Assembly: GCF_009914755.1 (NCBI RefSeq)
Contig: NC_060933.1
DNA: 64,000 nt
Direction: 5' to 3' (one strand)
From: the human T2T-CHM13v2.0 reference genome, Homo sapiens
The notes beneath the pieces are model-generated. The model saw only the letters and a program-made list of their open reading frames with translations, was not told where the DNA came from and searched no databases. Position numbers and translations under genes: made by a program. Shown piece after piece: positions 41,160 through 53,736 of this stretch (its first letter is position 1; every line of letters begins with the position of its first letter).

Positions 41160-43190
41160 CTTGGGTGAGCTTCTAGCCTACAGTGTAGGGAGAGGGAGAG
41201 GAAACTTAGGCAGAGCCCAGACAACTGTTTGATTTGAGGAGATGGAGCTAAGAATATGGGAAGATAAAAGTGGCTAGAGTTTGTAGAACAGAATATCATA
41301 GAGCAAAGAGCTGCACAGAGAAAGAACTACAGAGATCTGTAGACTCCACCTAGAATATTTAGCAAAATGATTATGAGCACATGCATGTAAGAAAATTACT
41401 TGAGAATAGGAAGAGAAACACCCGAAGTCATACAAGAGAATAATGCCTGGCACTCACTCAGAGCCAGGAGTAGTACCTCTTCCCATCAAACAGATTGAAA
41501 AACTCAGGACAACTGGGTCATTAGATAAGATACAGTAATCAGAATGGTTTTGCCTCAGAAATGTAGAATACCTAACGATAGACTAAATACTGCTTTAATA
41601 ATGCCTAACAGTTGTTAACAACAAAAACTGAAATGATCACACTGTTTCTACATAGCCTGTGTGATTCAAAACAAATGTCAAAAACAATTTATAAGAGTAT
41701 AAACATATTCATCACTCACCAAGGTGAAATTCACAATGTAGATATCAAGTTAAAAATTATCAGGCGTGCAAAGAAGCAGAGAAATATGACCTGTTAAGAA
41801 AGAAATATTAATCCATCAAAATCCAATTAAAGCATTTATTGGAATTACCAATAATGTTAAATTGTTATTATAACTGCATTCAATATATTTAAAATTTTAA
41901 GAAGAACATATAACAGAAGAAAATGATTAATCAATTCCAAAATTTTCTAGCCATTATTTTGTCAAATATTTGCTCTTTAATCACATCTCTCTATTCTTTT
42001 CTTGGGACTTCACTAACACTTATATGTAGCCACCTGAGGTCACATAGCTCAGGTATATTATTGTTTGTGTGTTTTATTTTGGAAAGTTCCTATTGCTATT
42101 ATTGAGTTTACTAGCTTTTTTCCTTTGTAATATCTACTGTGCCTTTAATCTCATCCAATGTGCCTATTTAGCTTTTATCTCTAAATTTAGATGTCATTTT
42201 TTAATGGAGTTTGTCTTCATCTACTTAAATTTTTAACATATTAAAGTTATTACAATTGTTTAATGTATTTGATAATTTAAAGATATCAGAAATTTCCCAC
42301 ATATCTGTAAATAAAACAACACCTTTTATACAATGTATTGGGCCAAAATAGAAGCCTCCAAATTTTGGAAAATACGGTGAATTGAATAAAAATGAATACT
42401 ACAGATATTGAAGTTTGAGGCAAGTAGTTAAAGCAGTGCTTTCTGGAGTTTTAAGGCATGAGTGTTTTAAGCTTTCATACTAGGAACTACAAACAAACAA
42501 AATAAAAAACTAATTACAACTAATTGCTCTCCTTCCCCTGCAAAAATCAAAGGAAGTTAAACATAAAAACAAAATCAATGGGATTGAGAACAGAAAAACA
42601 ATAGAGAAAATAGTGAAAATGTATGATTATTTATAAAAATCTATTAAAAGAAAATTATCAAGTTAGATTGACCAGGAAAAAGAAGTGAGTCATAGTGTAC
42701 ACACAAATTGCAAATATCAGGAAAGAAAGGGGGAACATTGCTACATACCATGAAAGTATTTAAATACTAATAGGGGAAAATTGCAAAGAATTTTTTTTAA
42801 ATGGTACACTTTTTAAACGGTACACTTTTTTTAAACGGTACACTCAAGAGGAAACAGATAACATGAATAGTCATGAATCAAGTCCTGGATAAGAAATAGT
42901 CTTAGATTAAGAAAATTAAATTTGTGAGAAAAATATTCAGGAGAAAAAATGTTCTATTGGTTCAGAAGATTTCTGCAAATTTTACCCAACATTTAGGAGA
43001 AATACTGAGGATGATTTCAGCAATGGTAGAGTAAAAACCTTCAAAAACCTGCTGTTCTGTAAAAACACAGGAAACTGGCAAAATTGCCAAAATTAATGTT
43101 TAAGAGAAATATATATCTAAGAAAAATGGCTGAATTTTGGTAAGAATGGTGAGATTCATGGCATTTAAATTTTCCCTATTTCATCCCCCA
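41160..43190. mobile_element. Patchwork of old L1M fragments in mixed orientation
   Basis: L1M 5'-like sequence, antisense ORF1-like piece ~41930-42270, sense ORF2-like piece ~42290-43000 ('aacaaaatcaatgggattgagaacagaaaaacaatagagaaaat'). Confidence 0.55.
42791..42844 (+). repeat. Three tandem copies of T(n)AAA(C/T)GGTACAC
   Basis: Direct observation. Confidence 0.9.
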
Positions 43191-43194
43191 ATAA

Positions 43195-43914
43195 TGTAAT
43201 CACCAGATGGGTTCTTCATGCCCACTGCACAATGACCACAGCATTGCCGTAAAGAAACAGTTTAATTGACATGAGGCCGGTCAAGCCACACAGGAGACAG
43301 AGTTAGTACTCAAATCCATCTTATTGTAGGCTAACAGGATAGGGGCTTTTCAAAGGTTGTTTGGGGGAATGGGTGGATGTGACTAGCCAATGGGTGCTTG
43401 CTGCTGATTAGTTATGTTGGAGAGGAAATCATAGGAAGTGGAAGCTGTTCTCTTGTGCTGAGTCACTTCGGGGTGGGGCACAAGAGCCATGGTTTGGTGG
43501 GTCTATATGGATCCATGGGTGTCAGACATGCAAAAAATGAAAAGATATCTCAAAAGGCCAATCTTAAGTTCTACAATAGTGATGTATCTGCAGAAGTAAT
43601 TCGGAAATTTGCATATATTTTGACCTCCAGAATAATGGCTGGCAACTGTTTATGTCTACATCATAGCAGAACTCAGGCTTCTCTCCTCCTTCTAGTCTAA
43701 TGGTCTCCCATTAACTTTATAAATGGGGGTTGAGCTTCGGGGAAGGGCCATTATCATTTAAACTATAAACTAAATGCTCCCACAGCTAGCCCAGCCTAAG
43801 CCCAAGAATAATTAAAGCAGGTTGAAGGCTAAAGACACAACGAGTAATGCTAGGTCAGATCTCCCCCATAGCTGTAATTTTCCCACCGCTGTACTTTTTG
43901 CAAAGGCGGTTTCA
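43195..43914 (-). mobile_element. LTR8-family ERV1 solo LTR
   Basis: Minus-strand start TGAAACCGCCTTTGCAAAAAG, TG/CA termini; homologous to 39290-40777. Confidence 0.85.
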
Positions 43915-44479
43915 AAAACGAACAGCTTCACCATCATTGTAGCCATAAAAACTAGAAAAGTAGCAGGAACCAGAGGGGAATAATGTGTTTCAATCTCCCC
44001 CAAAAGTTACCAAACCAAAAAATATTCATTATTTGACCTGTCTTGCAGCTTTATGGAAAAAAGCCCAGGCATGGGTTTGACCTGACTCAGAGCTTACTCA
44101 ATATGAACAGCCTTTGCCTAAAACCCTTATCAGAAACAATCAGAGCCAATCATTTATGCCACTCATTTATTATTGCATCTGTTTGAGACAACGGTAACAG
44201 TTTGGGCAAACAAGAACCTGACCAAAATATTGAAAGAAAAGCTGAGCTAAACCAGCTAAAACATGTAGAGATTCCTGACACGGAGAAAGTATAAACTAAT
44301 AATTGCTTTAAGCCACTAAATTTTGAGTAATTTTAAAAAATGTAGCAGTAGATAACTAAGAGGGATCACATGGCTAGAATTTGAGGAAATATCATCTTAA
44401 AATAATGCAGTCTAGCTTCATTTCTGATAAACAGTCTTTTGTCACTATGCTCAAAGTTGACCTTTTATAATTTTATGAA

Positions 44480-45185
44480 CTATACAACTTCTAAAAAGAA
44501 ACACATGAGAAAATCTTTGTGACTTCTAAATGGAAATCCATAAAAGAAGTTTTGTGACTTCTACGGATATGACACAAGAGCACAAGAGCTTCGGTTTTCC
44601 AAAAAATATTGTTAAGAGAATAAAAAGAATTCACAAATTAGGCGACAATGTGTGCCAGTCTCACATCTGATAAAATATTTATAATTAGTATATATAGTTT
44701 ACTTCCAAAACACAGTAATTGGAAAAAAAATTCCATTTTTAGAATAGGAAACAATTCATAAAAAGAGAGATGCAAATTAAAAGTACAATGAAGTACCACT
44801 ATAAACTATTAAAAGGAATAATTTTTAAAATTAACAATTTCTGATAAGGCTGCTGAGCAATGGGACTCTCATATTATCCAGTGAGAGTGCAAAATAGAAT
44901 ATCACTTTGAAAAATAGTTTTTCAGTGTCTTATAAATTTAAACATACACTTGCCACGTGAACCTGTAATCTCTCACCTAGGTATTTGCCAAGTGAAATAA
45001 CAAACTTTGTTTTTACAAAAACCCTTATGCAAATGCTTATCACAGTTTTATTTAAAGAAAACGTTGAAGCATTTCAGTGGTTTCAAATGGGGAAAGGATA
45101 AACAAAATGTGCATGTAAATGAAGAAATGCTATCTAATAATACAAAGGTACACACTACTGATAAATATTAACAGGGATAAATCTC
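44480..45185 (+). mobile_element. Old L1M ORF2 3' remnant
   Basis: 'atgcaaattaaaagtacaatgaagtaccacta', 'cactttgaaaaatagttttt', 'ctcacctaggtatttgccaagtgaaat'. Confidence 0.7.
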
Positions 45186-45384
45186 TGGCTTTAGTTCATA
45201 CACCTCAGAAACATGACATAATCATATATTCAACCACTATACAAACTAGTGTTTTTAGTACCATGCACCGGGAATACCTTCACTTCCTTTCATCCTCTAG
45301 AGCAGAACTGCTCCACATGCCAAGCAAGTCTTATTTTTGGTCCCTGACTCCCAAGGTTACCTTTTCCAAGGATGCTAATAGAGT

Positions 45385-45575
45385 GTGGTAATGAAGCACT
45401 CTAGTTTTGTAGTTCAACTATTCAACCATGGCAGAAGTCTCTAACTCATTTATTTAAAAAATGTGAATTTAATGATAGCTTCTAGTCTTCCTTTTAGAAT
45501 CAAATGAAATAATATATCAAAAGCACTTAGCACAGTTTTTGGTCCAGTTTAAATGGTAACTATTCTTATTATAAT
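45385..45575 (+). mobile_element. MIR fragment
   Basis: 'gaatcaaatgaaataatatatcaaaagcacttagcacagt'. Confidence 0.6.
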
Positions 45576-45898
45576 TAATAATCACATGCTGCATTTATCC
45601 ATATAAAATTTCCTGATATAAATAGTTCACAAAAAGGCAAAAATAAGCACTTCAGATAAAGATAGCTATTAATGAAATCTATCCTGTCATCTCTATATGA
45701 ATATATAAGTGTATCAATATATAAATATATGAATCAATAACATTCAAGATATTATCTCAAGAGTATGCACATTACACATGGAGGTTGAACTGCAGCTTCT
45801 CAGAAGAGCTTATTATTAAGTGCCTCAGTTTTCGTAATATCTAACGGATAATGCAGGTGATTCTTGGGTATATCACCCTAGGACAGTAAGAGAAAATG

Positions 45899-45954
45899 AT
45901 TATATATATAGAGAGAGAGATAGATAGATACAGATATAGATAGATAGATAGATA
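45899..45954. repeat. Compound (TA)(GA)(GATA) microsatellite
   Basis: Direct observation. Confidence 0.9.
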
Positions 45955-46167
45955 TTAGAAACAGTTACAAGCTAAACACAAATCAAACTAAAACAATAAC
46001 TTTTATCACATCCTTAATGTGATGAATAGCTAGTGAAAACTAAATTATAAATTGTGAGTTAGCTGTACAAATGTGTTTTGTGTTTTGTATTTATATTTAA
46101 CTTGTCATTGGTTTAAATTTTTTTATTTTTGAGCATAATGGGTCACTATTGATGTTACTGTCCTTAT

Positions 46168-46302
46168 ATTTCTTCTTTTTTTCTTTAATAGAAATGGGGT
46201 ATCATCATGTTGCCCAGGCTGGTTTCAAACTCCTGGACTTAATCCTTCTGTCTCAGCCTACCAATGTGCTGGGATTACAGGCATAAGCCACTGCATTCGG
46301 CC
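46168..46302 (-). mobile_element. Alu left monomer (FLAM-like)
   Basis: 'tagaaatggggtatcatcatgttgcccaggctggtttcaaactcctgg...cactgcattcggcc'. Confidence 0.85.
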
Positions 46303-46369
46303 CAATACAATTATATAGCCTTTATAATTGCTTTTTAGTCTCCTTTTTAAAAAAATATTATTCAATATA

Positions 46370-48260
46370 TTCAAATATTATTCAAATATAATTGACAGAT
46401 AAATAATTGCACATATTTAATGTATATAATTTGATGAACTAGGACATATGCAAACATCCATGATACTACTACCGCAATCAAGGTAATTCATATGTCTGCC
46501 ACCTCCCAATATCTTCTTGTGTCTCTTTGTTTTTTGTTGTTTTTGTTTGTGTTTTTTACTTTTGCTTGCTTGTTTGTTTGTCTGTGGTAAGAACACAACA
46601 TGAGCGATCAATCATCTTAAAAATGTTTGAAGGGCACAACACTGTATTTTTAACTACAGCACAATGTTGTACAGCATATTTCTGAAATGTATTTATCTAG
46701 CACAACTGAAATTTATACACATTGAAAAATAACTCCCCATTTACCCCATCCTCCCACCTCTAGCAACCACTATTGTATTTTCTGCTTCTATTACTTTGAC
46801 TGTAATAGATGTCTCTTATTATTGGAATTACACCGCATTTGCCATTTGATGACTGGCTTATTCCACTTAGTATAACCTTCTCTGCATTCATCACCTTGTT
46901 GTGGATGACACGATTTCCTTCTTTTTAAAGACTGAATAATATACCATTGTATTTATGCCACATTTTCTTTATATGTTCATCTACTGATGGATACTTGAGT
47001 TGTTTCCATATCATGACTATTGTGAATAATGTTGCAAATAACATAAGAGTGCAGCTATCTTGTCTATTTCAATTATTTTGAATATGTATCCAGAAGTGGG
47101 ATTGCTGGATCATATGGTAGTTCTATTTTTAATTTTTTAGAAAATTCCTTATTGTCTTCCATAGCTGCTGCAACATTTTACATTCCCACTCAACAGTGTA
47201 GAAGAGCTCCAATTTTTTCACATTGTTTTCAACATGTGCTACCTCATTTAAACTGATAGTTGAACTAACTGGTGTGAGATGATATCTCATTTTAGTTTTG
47301 ATTTGTGTTTCTCTGATAATAATGTTGATTTTTTTCATATGCATGCTGGCTATTTGTATATATTGTTTTGAAAAATATCTACTTAAGCCCTTTGCCCATT
47401 TTAAAATTGAATTATCATTATTATTATTTGCTATTTAGTTGTAAGAGTTCCTTACATATTTTGAAAATTAACTCCATATTGAATACATAATTCTGAAATA
47501 TTTTCTCCCAGTCCATCGGTTACCATTTTATTATTTTGATTGCTTCCTATATTAAGTGGAGCTTTTTAATTCATTGCAGTTCCACTTATCTATTTTTGCT
47601 TTTGTTGTCTGTGCTTTTAGTGTCATATTCAAAAAAGACTTATACACTGAAAACAGCAAAACACTGATGAAATAAATTAAAAGAGACTCACTTAAATGCA
47701 AAGATATCCATAGTCATGGCATGGAAGACTTTAATATTATTAAAATGTTCATACTACACTATGTGATCTATAGATTTAATATTATTAACATAAAAATTCC
47801 AAATATGCTACATTTTGTATAGAAAATTTTAAAAATATCTAAAATTCATATGGAACCACAAAAGACCCAGAAGAGCAAAAGTAATTTTGAGAAAGCAGAA
47901 CAAAACTGATTCTGATTTCAAAATATATATGTGATAAAGCTACAGTAATTAAAACACGATGGTACTATAAAAAATACAGACCTATACATCATGGAACAGA
48001 ATAGAGGGCCCAGAAATAAACCTACACAAATACAGACAACTGATCTTATACAAGGGTGCCGAGAATACACATTGAGGAGTGAATAGTCTCTTCGACAAAT
48101 ATTGTTGGAAAAACAGACTATCCACACGCAAAATAATGAAATTGGACCAGAATTACCTTACATCATACACAAAAATGAACTCAAACTGTAACAAAAACTT
48201 AAAGACATGAAACTTTAAAACTTCTAGAAGAGAACATAGGAAAAACTCTTTTTGACATTG
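46370..48260 (-). mobile_element. L1MA-like LINE-1 with 5' inversion (minus 46370-47633, plus 47634-48260)
   Basis: Minus-strand 3'UTR/ORF2 end joined to a plus-strand ORF2 segment that stops just before where the minus segment starts in ORF2. Confidence 0.8.
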
Positions 48261-48479
48261 ATAATTTGCTGCCTTGTTAATGATGACTTTAAAAAGCAAT
48301 CATCCATTATTTCTAATGGGGTAATCAAATTTGTATCTCAAGACACAGTAATGGTAAGAATCAAAGTCACTGTCAACTGTACATAAGCAACTTGAGGCTT
48401 GCACATGGATTTATATGATTGGTAAAAACAGAAGTAAAGTGATTCAACTTGCATAGTACCTCTATAAGAAAAATAAACT

Positions 48480-48769
48480 GGCTGGGTGCAGTGGCTCATG
48501 CCTGTAATCCCAGCACTTTGGGAGGCTGAGGTGGGCAGATCACGAGGTCAGGACATCAAGACCATCCTGGCAAACATGGTGAAACCCTGTCTCTACTAAA
48601 AATACAAAAAAATTAGCCAGGCATGGTGGTGGGTGCCTGTAGTCCCAGCTACTCAGGAGGCTGAGGCAGGAGAATGGCATGAACCTGGGGGGTGGAGATC
48701 GCGCCACTGCACTCCAACCTGGGTGACAGAGCGAGACTCCATCTCAAAATAAATAAATAAATAAATAAA
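48480..48769 (+). mobile_element. Alu (AluSc/Y-like) with short right-arm deletion and (TAAA)n tail
   Basis: 'gatcacgaggtcagg', 'gaatggcatgaacc'; 'gtggagatcgcgcc' lacks the usual CTTGCAGTGAGCCGAG. Confidence 0.92.
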
Positions 48770-48994
48770 TTATGATTCTAGGTTTATGTTGAGGAACAAC
48801 TCTTGAATTGTACCCATATTGATGCAACAACACTGTTGCTACAGCACTAAATGGGTTTTGATTTAAAAAAATATGTGTATGCAGAAATAATGACTAAGGC
48901 ATGGGGATATAATAAAATAAATGAATAAAAATAAACAAAACCATATACCAAAGCCTAAGGCACTGTTATCTATTAAAAGTTTCTGTTACTACGG

Positions 48995-51159
48995 TGATAT
49001 GGTTTGGCTGTGTCCCCACTCAAATCTCATTTTAAGTTATAGCTACCATAATTCTCACCTGTCGTAGGAGGGACCAGGTGGGAGGTAATTGAATCATGTG
49101 GTCAAATCTTTCCCATGCTGTTCTTACAGTAGTGAATAAGTCTTACAAGTCTGATGGTTTTATAGAGGGGAGTTCCCTGAATACATTCTCTTGCCTGCTG
49201 CCATGTAAGACCTGCCTTGCTTCCCCTTCACCCTCTGCCATGATTGTGAAGCCTCCACAGCCATGGGGAACATGAGTCCACTAAACCTCTTTTTCTTTGT
49301 AAATCACCCAGTCTCAGGAATGCCTTCATTAGCAGCATGAGAACAGACTAATACATTAAATTGGTACTGAGGTAGTGGGGCATTGCTGTAAAGATACCCC
49401 AAAATGTGGAAGTGACTTTGGAACTGGGTAACAGGCAGAGTTGGGAAGAGTTCGGAGAGCTCAGAAGAAGACAGAAAAATGTGGGAAAGTTTGGAACTTC
49501 CTAGAGGCTTGTGGAATAGCTTTGACCAAAATGCTGACAGTGATATGAACAAAAAAGTCCAGGCTGAAGTGGTCTCAGATGGAGATGAGGAACTTGTTGG
49601 GAACTGGAGTAAAGTCATTCTTGCTATGCAAAGAGACTGTTGGCATTTTTCCCATGACCTAGAGATCTGTGGGAGTTTGAACTTGAGAGAGATGACTTAT
49701 GGTACCTGATGGAAGAAATTTTTAAGCAGCAAAGCATTCAAGAGGAAGCAGAGCAAAACTATTTGGAAAAGTTGTAGCCTGATAATGTGAATATAAAAGA
49801 AAATCTCATTTTCTAGGGAGAAATTTAAGCCAGTGCAAAAATTTGCATAAGTAATGATGGGCCAAATGTTAATCACCAAGACAATGAGGAAAATGTCTGC
49901 AAGGTATGTCAGAGACCTTCATGGAAGCCCCTCCCATCACAGACCCAGAGGCCTGTGAGGAAAAAATGGTTTTGTGGGCCTGGCCCAGGTACCCTCTGCT
50001 GTGTGCAGCCTAGGGACTTTGCGCTCTGTGTCCCAGCTGCTCCAGCTGTGGCTAAAAGGGACCACAGTACAGCTGAGGCCAAGGCTTCAGAGGGTGCAAG
50101 CCCCAAGCCTTGGCAGTTTCCACATGGTGTTGAGCCTGTGGGTGCACAGAAGTCAGGAATTGAGGTTTGGGAACCTCTGCCTAGATTTCAGAGGATGTAT
50201 GGAATTGCCTGGATCTCCAGGTAGAAGTTTGCTACAGAGGCAGAGCCCTCATGGAGAACCTCTCTTAGGGCAATGTGGAAGGGAAATGTGGAGTTGAAGA
50301 ATCCACACAGAGTCTGCAGCAGGGCATTGCCTAGTGAAGATGTGAGAAGGGGGCTACCATCTTTCCTACCCCAGAATGGCAGATCCACCAACAGCTTGCA
50401 CCATGCACCTGGAAAAGCTGCAGACACTCAACACCAGCCTTTGAAAGCATCCAGGGGGGGTGCTGTACCCTGCAAAGCCACAGAGGCAGAGCTGCCCAAG
50501 GCCATGGGAGCCCACCTCTTCCATCAGCATGACTTAGATGTAAGACATGGAATCAAAGGCGATCATTTGGTAACTTTAAGGTTTAATGACTGCACTATTG
50601 GATTTTGGACTTGTATGGGGCCTGCAGTCCCTGTGTTTTGGCCAATTTCTCCCATTTTGAATGAGTCTATTTACCCAATACCTGTACCCCCATTGTATCT
50701 AGGAAGTAACTAACTTGCTTTTGATTTTACAGGCTCATAGGCAAAAGGGACTTGCCTTGTTTCAGATGAAACTTTAGACTGTGAACTTTTGAGTTAATGC
50801 TGAAATCTTTGGGGGACTATTGGGAAGGCATGATTGGTTTTGAAATGTGAGGACTTGAGGTTTCGGAGAGGCCAGGAGTGGAATGATATAGTTTGGCTGT
50901 TTCCCCACCCAAATCTCATCTTGAATTGTAGCTCCCATAATTTCCACCTGTCAGTTACCAGGTGGGAGGTAACTGAATCATTGGGTGGGTCTTTCCATTG
51001 CTATTCTAGTAGTAGTGTATCAGTCTCACAATATTTGATGGCTTCATAAAGGGGAGTTTCACCTGCTGAACTCATTCTCTTGCCTGCCACCATGTAAGAC
51101 ATGTGTTACTTCTCCTTTACCCTCTGCCATGATTGTGAGGCCTCCCTAGTCCATGTGGA
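48995..51159 (+). mobile_element. THE1 MaLR provirus: 5' LTR 48995-49355, internal 49356-50883, truncated 3' LTR 50884-51159
   Basis: TGATATGGTTTGGCTGTGTCCCCAC...GACTAATACA LTR; THE1-int 'MWESLELPRGLWNSFDQNADSDMN'; second LTR start at 50884. Confidence 0.93.
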
Positions 51160-51370
51160 GCCCTCATGGAGAACCTCTGTTAGGGCAATGTGGAAGGGAA
51201 ATGTGGAGTTGAAGAATCCACACAGAGTCCACAGCAGGGCATTGCCTAATGAAGATGTGAGAAGGGGGCCACCATCTTTCCTATCCCAGAATGGCAGATC
51301 CACCAACAGCTTGCACCATGTACCTGGAAAAGCTGCAGACACTCAACACCAGCCTGTGAAAGCATCCAGG
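51158..51370 (+). repeat. 213-bp direct copy of THE1 internal 50243-50455
   Basis: Manual alignment gives 8 substitutions and no indels. Confidence 0.95.
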
Positions 51371-52539
51371 AGTGAAAATTGAGTGAAATTTCAGTGGGTT
51401 TACTTTCTCCCATTTGGATATCTTTTTTTTTTTCTAATAATGACAGAAGACTAAGTTACTTTATTATGTAATAGTAGTTTAGGTAATGGCCAGTAGTTAC
51501 AATGAATGAAGCTAAAGTAATATTATATAGTTATTAGCTTGAGGCCGGTAGTGTTATCTTTGCATATTGGAGACAACATAAGGAGAGGGAGTAAGACAGA
51601 GTCCATATTCATATATTACAAATGAAATACTGAAACAATCCAACCTAGAACAATGGCAGTATAAACTTTTGGGGTCTAATTTCACTATTAAAAAGTATAA
51701 AAACTGCTGCTGCAAAGTTTGGCACATTAAGGTAGTTTTATTATTTTTTTAAGTGTTCCAGAAAAGCTTTAATACATGTTGTCAAGACTGAAAGACTCTT
51801 CTTTAAATTATCACTTGAAACCAGAGATACCCTATACTACTGAGTTGTATGTTGGCTGAGAGTTGTAGGATAAAGCTGTTTATGATGACACAACCTTTAA
51901 AAGGGTTTATCTTTGTCAAACAGAATATGTCTATTGAAATATATAAATTTGAATGACTCACTATCTTACAGTTCACATATTCTAAGATGTACTTTCCATA
52001 TATAAAGAGTACTAAGTGCTCTTCTACCAAAGAGAATTAAAAAACAAACAAGCACCCCTCTCTATTGCCCCAGTGTCTTTCTTTGTCCTCTTGATAAGTG
52101 TTTCTTCTGTTTTTTCACTCTCTCCTAAAGAACTATCAAAGTTTTCTTGTTAAAAGCACCATTTTGTTGTATTATGTTCTTTTTTAGGGACTTTCACTGA
52201 ATTGCTGTTTTTACAGATAAATCAACCCTTTACAGTGAGATGAAAGATCATTCACACAACACCTCAATCTTTCTTTTCTTTGACATTTCCCAACATTGTT
52301 TTTTCAACACGAGCTATCCTATGTGCCAGACATTGTCATTGGTTTACACATTTGTTTGCACCTTTTCCTCCCCATTTAATGTTCTTGGAAGTTAGGATAT
52401 TTTGATTCAATGAAAAAGAAGTAGCTTAAATTTCTGCTTTTGTCAGGTCCTTTCTCATTCTTTTAGAAATAATGGGTATTTTGCTTTAAATTCACAACTT
52501 ATTCTTAATATCTCTGTTATGACACTAAGCATATTGGAT

Positions 52540-52690
52540 TGGATTGCCATCACTAATTTACCCATCTGTGTTCTTCATTATACTGTGAGTTTCTTGAAGA
52601 TGAAAAATTTTATTATCTAATTGTATTTCCAGATCTAGCACAATTCTTTGAACATACTAGGTGTTTATTCAATATTTATTAAATTTTAAA
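52540..52690 (+). mobile_element. L2 3' end fragment
   Basis: 'tatactgtgagtttcttgaag...ttgtatttccagatctagcacaattctttgaacatactagg...caatatttatt'. Confidence 0.55.
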
Positions 52691-53661
52691 TTTGTGTTAA
52701 ATGTTTAGGTATGTAGGAGGGGAGGGAAAATGGTTAGGAATATAACCCTAGATAAATATCTATTGTTTTATTAATAATCTATTAAAGATACATGTACATG
52801 ATTAAAAGATGAACGTATTTGTAGTATTACGTATAAAGATTATTTGATTAACAAAATCTGAATGAAAGAAGAACATGATTAATTTTACCTTATGATTGTT
52901 TATTCAAATATTTCCCATTATTCTAATGCTTCATAAACAAGTGTTTGCCATGGTTTTATCAAGTGCTATTTTATATATTCTCGTTAAAAATCTTAGATAT
53001 TTGCTATTGATACAAAGCCCTATGATTTAAATTTGTGATAATGAATGTTACTGCCGAAAAGGTAAAGATTTGTATTGTAATAGCTTCCTCATATGATAAT
53101 TTAGAAAATATTAATATATTGTTTCCTGTAGAACAAGCAAAAGTATTAATTTTTTGGTCCATCTAGTAATCACTTGTCTACAGCTATACACCAGTTGTTA
53201 CTAAAAAGAAGGCAGATTACTTTTCACAGCAAGTTGACAATGAATAATTTGATATTAAATTTGAAGTGAATTTGCAAAGGTATCAGATGAAATAAGTTGG
53301 CCATATGCACCATATGGTCTTGGAAAGGTTGCTGGTGCACAGGTACTAAGGAGGAAGTCCTGAAAGTCTTATCTTTCACTGGAAGAACTATATCAGCTAC
53401 TGCTGCAAGAGATTCAACTATGAAGAAGATAAGTATCTTAAATAATTGGAATCAGATCATGGTTGTAAGACATCTTACAAAAATCTCACTTAAGGCTGGA
53501 GGCATAATTATCTGTTTATGGCAAATCAGAGAAAATGAAAGGACAAATGCCATAGTAGAAAGGTTTCAAGCCAAGATACATAAAATAAACCATACATATC
53601 ATATTATAGACAGTGACCATAGAAATGAGTTAATATCAAAATTGTGAGATAGCTGCTGTTT

Positions 53662-53736
53662 AAAAAGAAAAAATAAAGGAAAAGGAAAGAAAGAATGAAG
53701 GAAAGAAGGAAGGAAGGAAGGAAAGAAGGAAGGAAA
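53662..53736 (+). repeat. (GGAA)n-rich purine repeat
   Basis: Direct observation. Confidence 0.85.

Noticed and set aside
42791-42844. CRISPR-like or other spaced repeat array
   Set aside because: Eukaryotic context, adjacent units without unique spacers; a simple tandem repeat.
39290-43914. A single provirus bounded by the two LTR8 copies
   Set aside because: The LTRs are in opposite orientation, the first has its own TSD, and the interval is L1-like rather than ERV internal.
49304-50713. ORFs in the THE1 internal region
   Set aside because: Broken remnants of the MaLR internal ORF.
51158-51370. Assembly artefact as the cause of the local duplications
   Set aside because: The copies differ by 8 changes, including opposite CpG decay, which fits evolutionary divergence; the same logic applies to 25273-25383.
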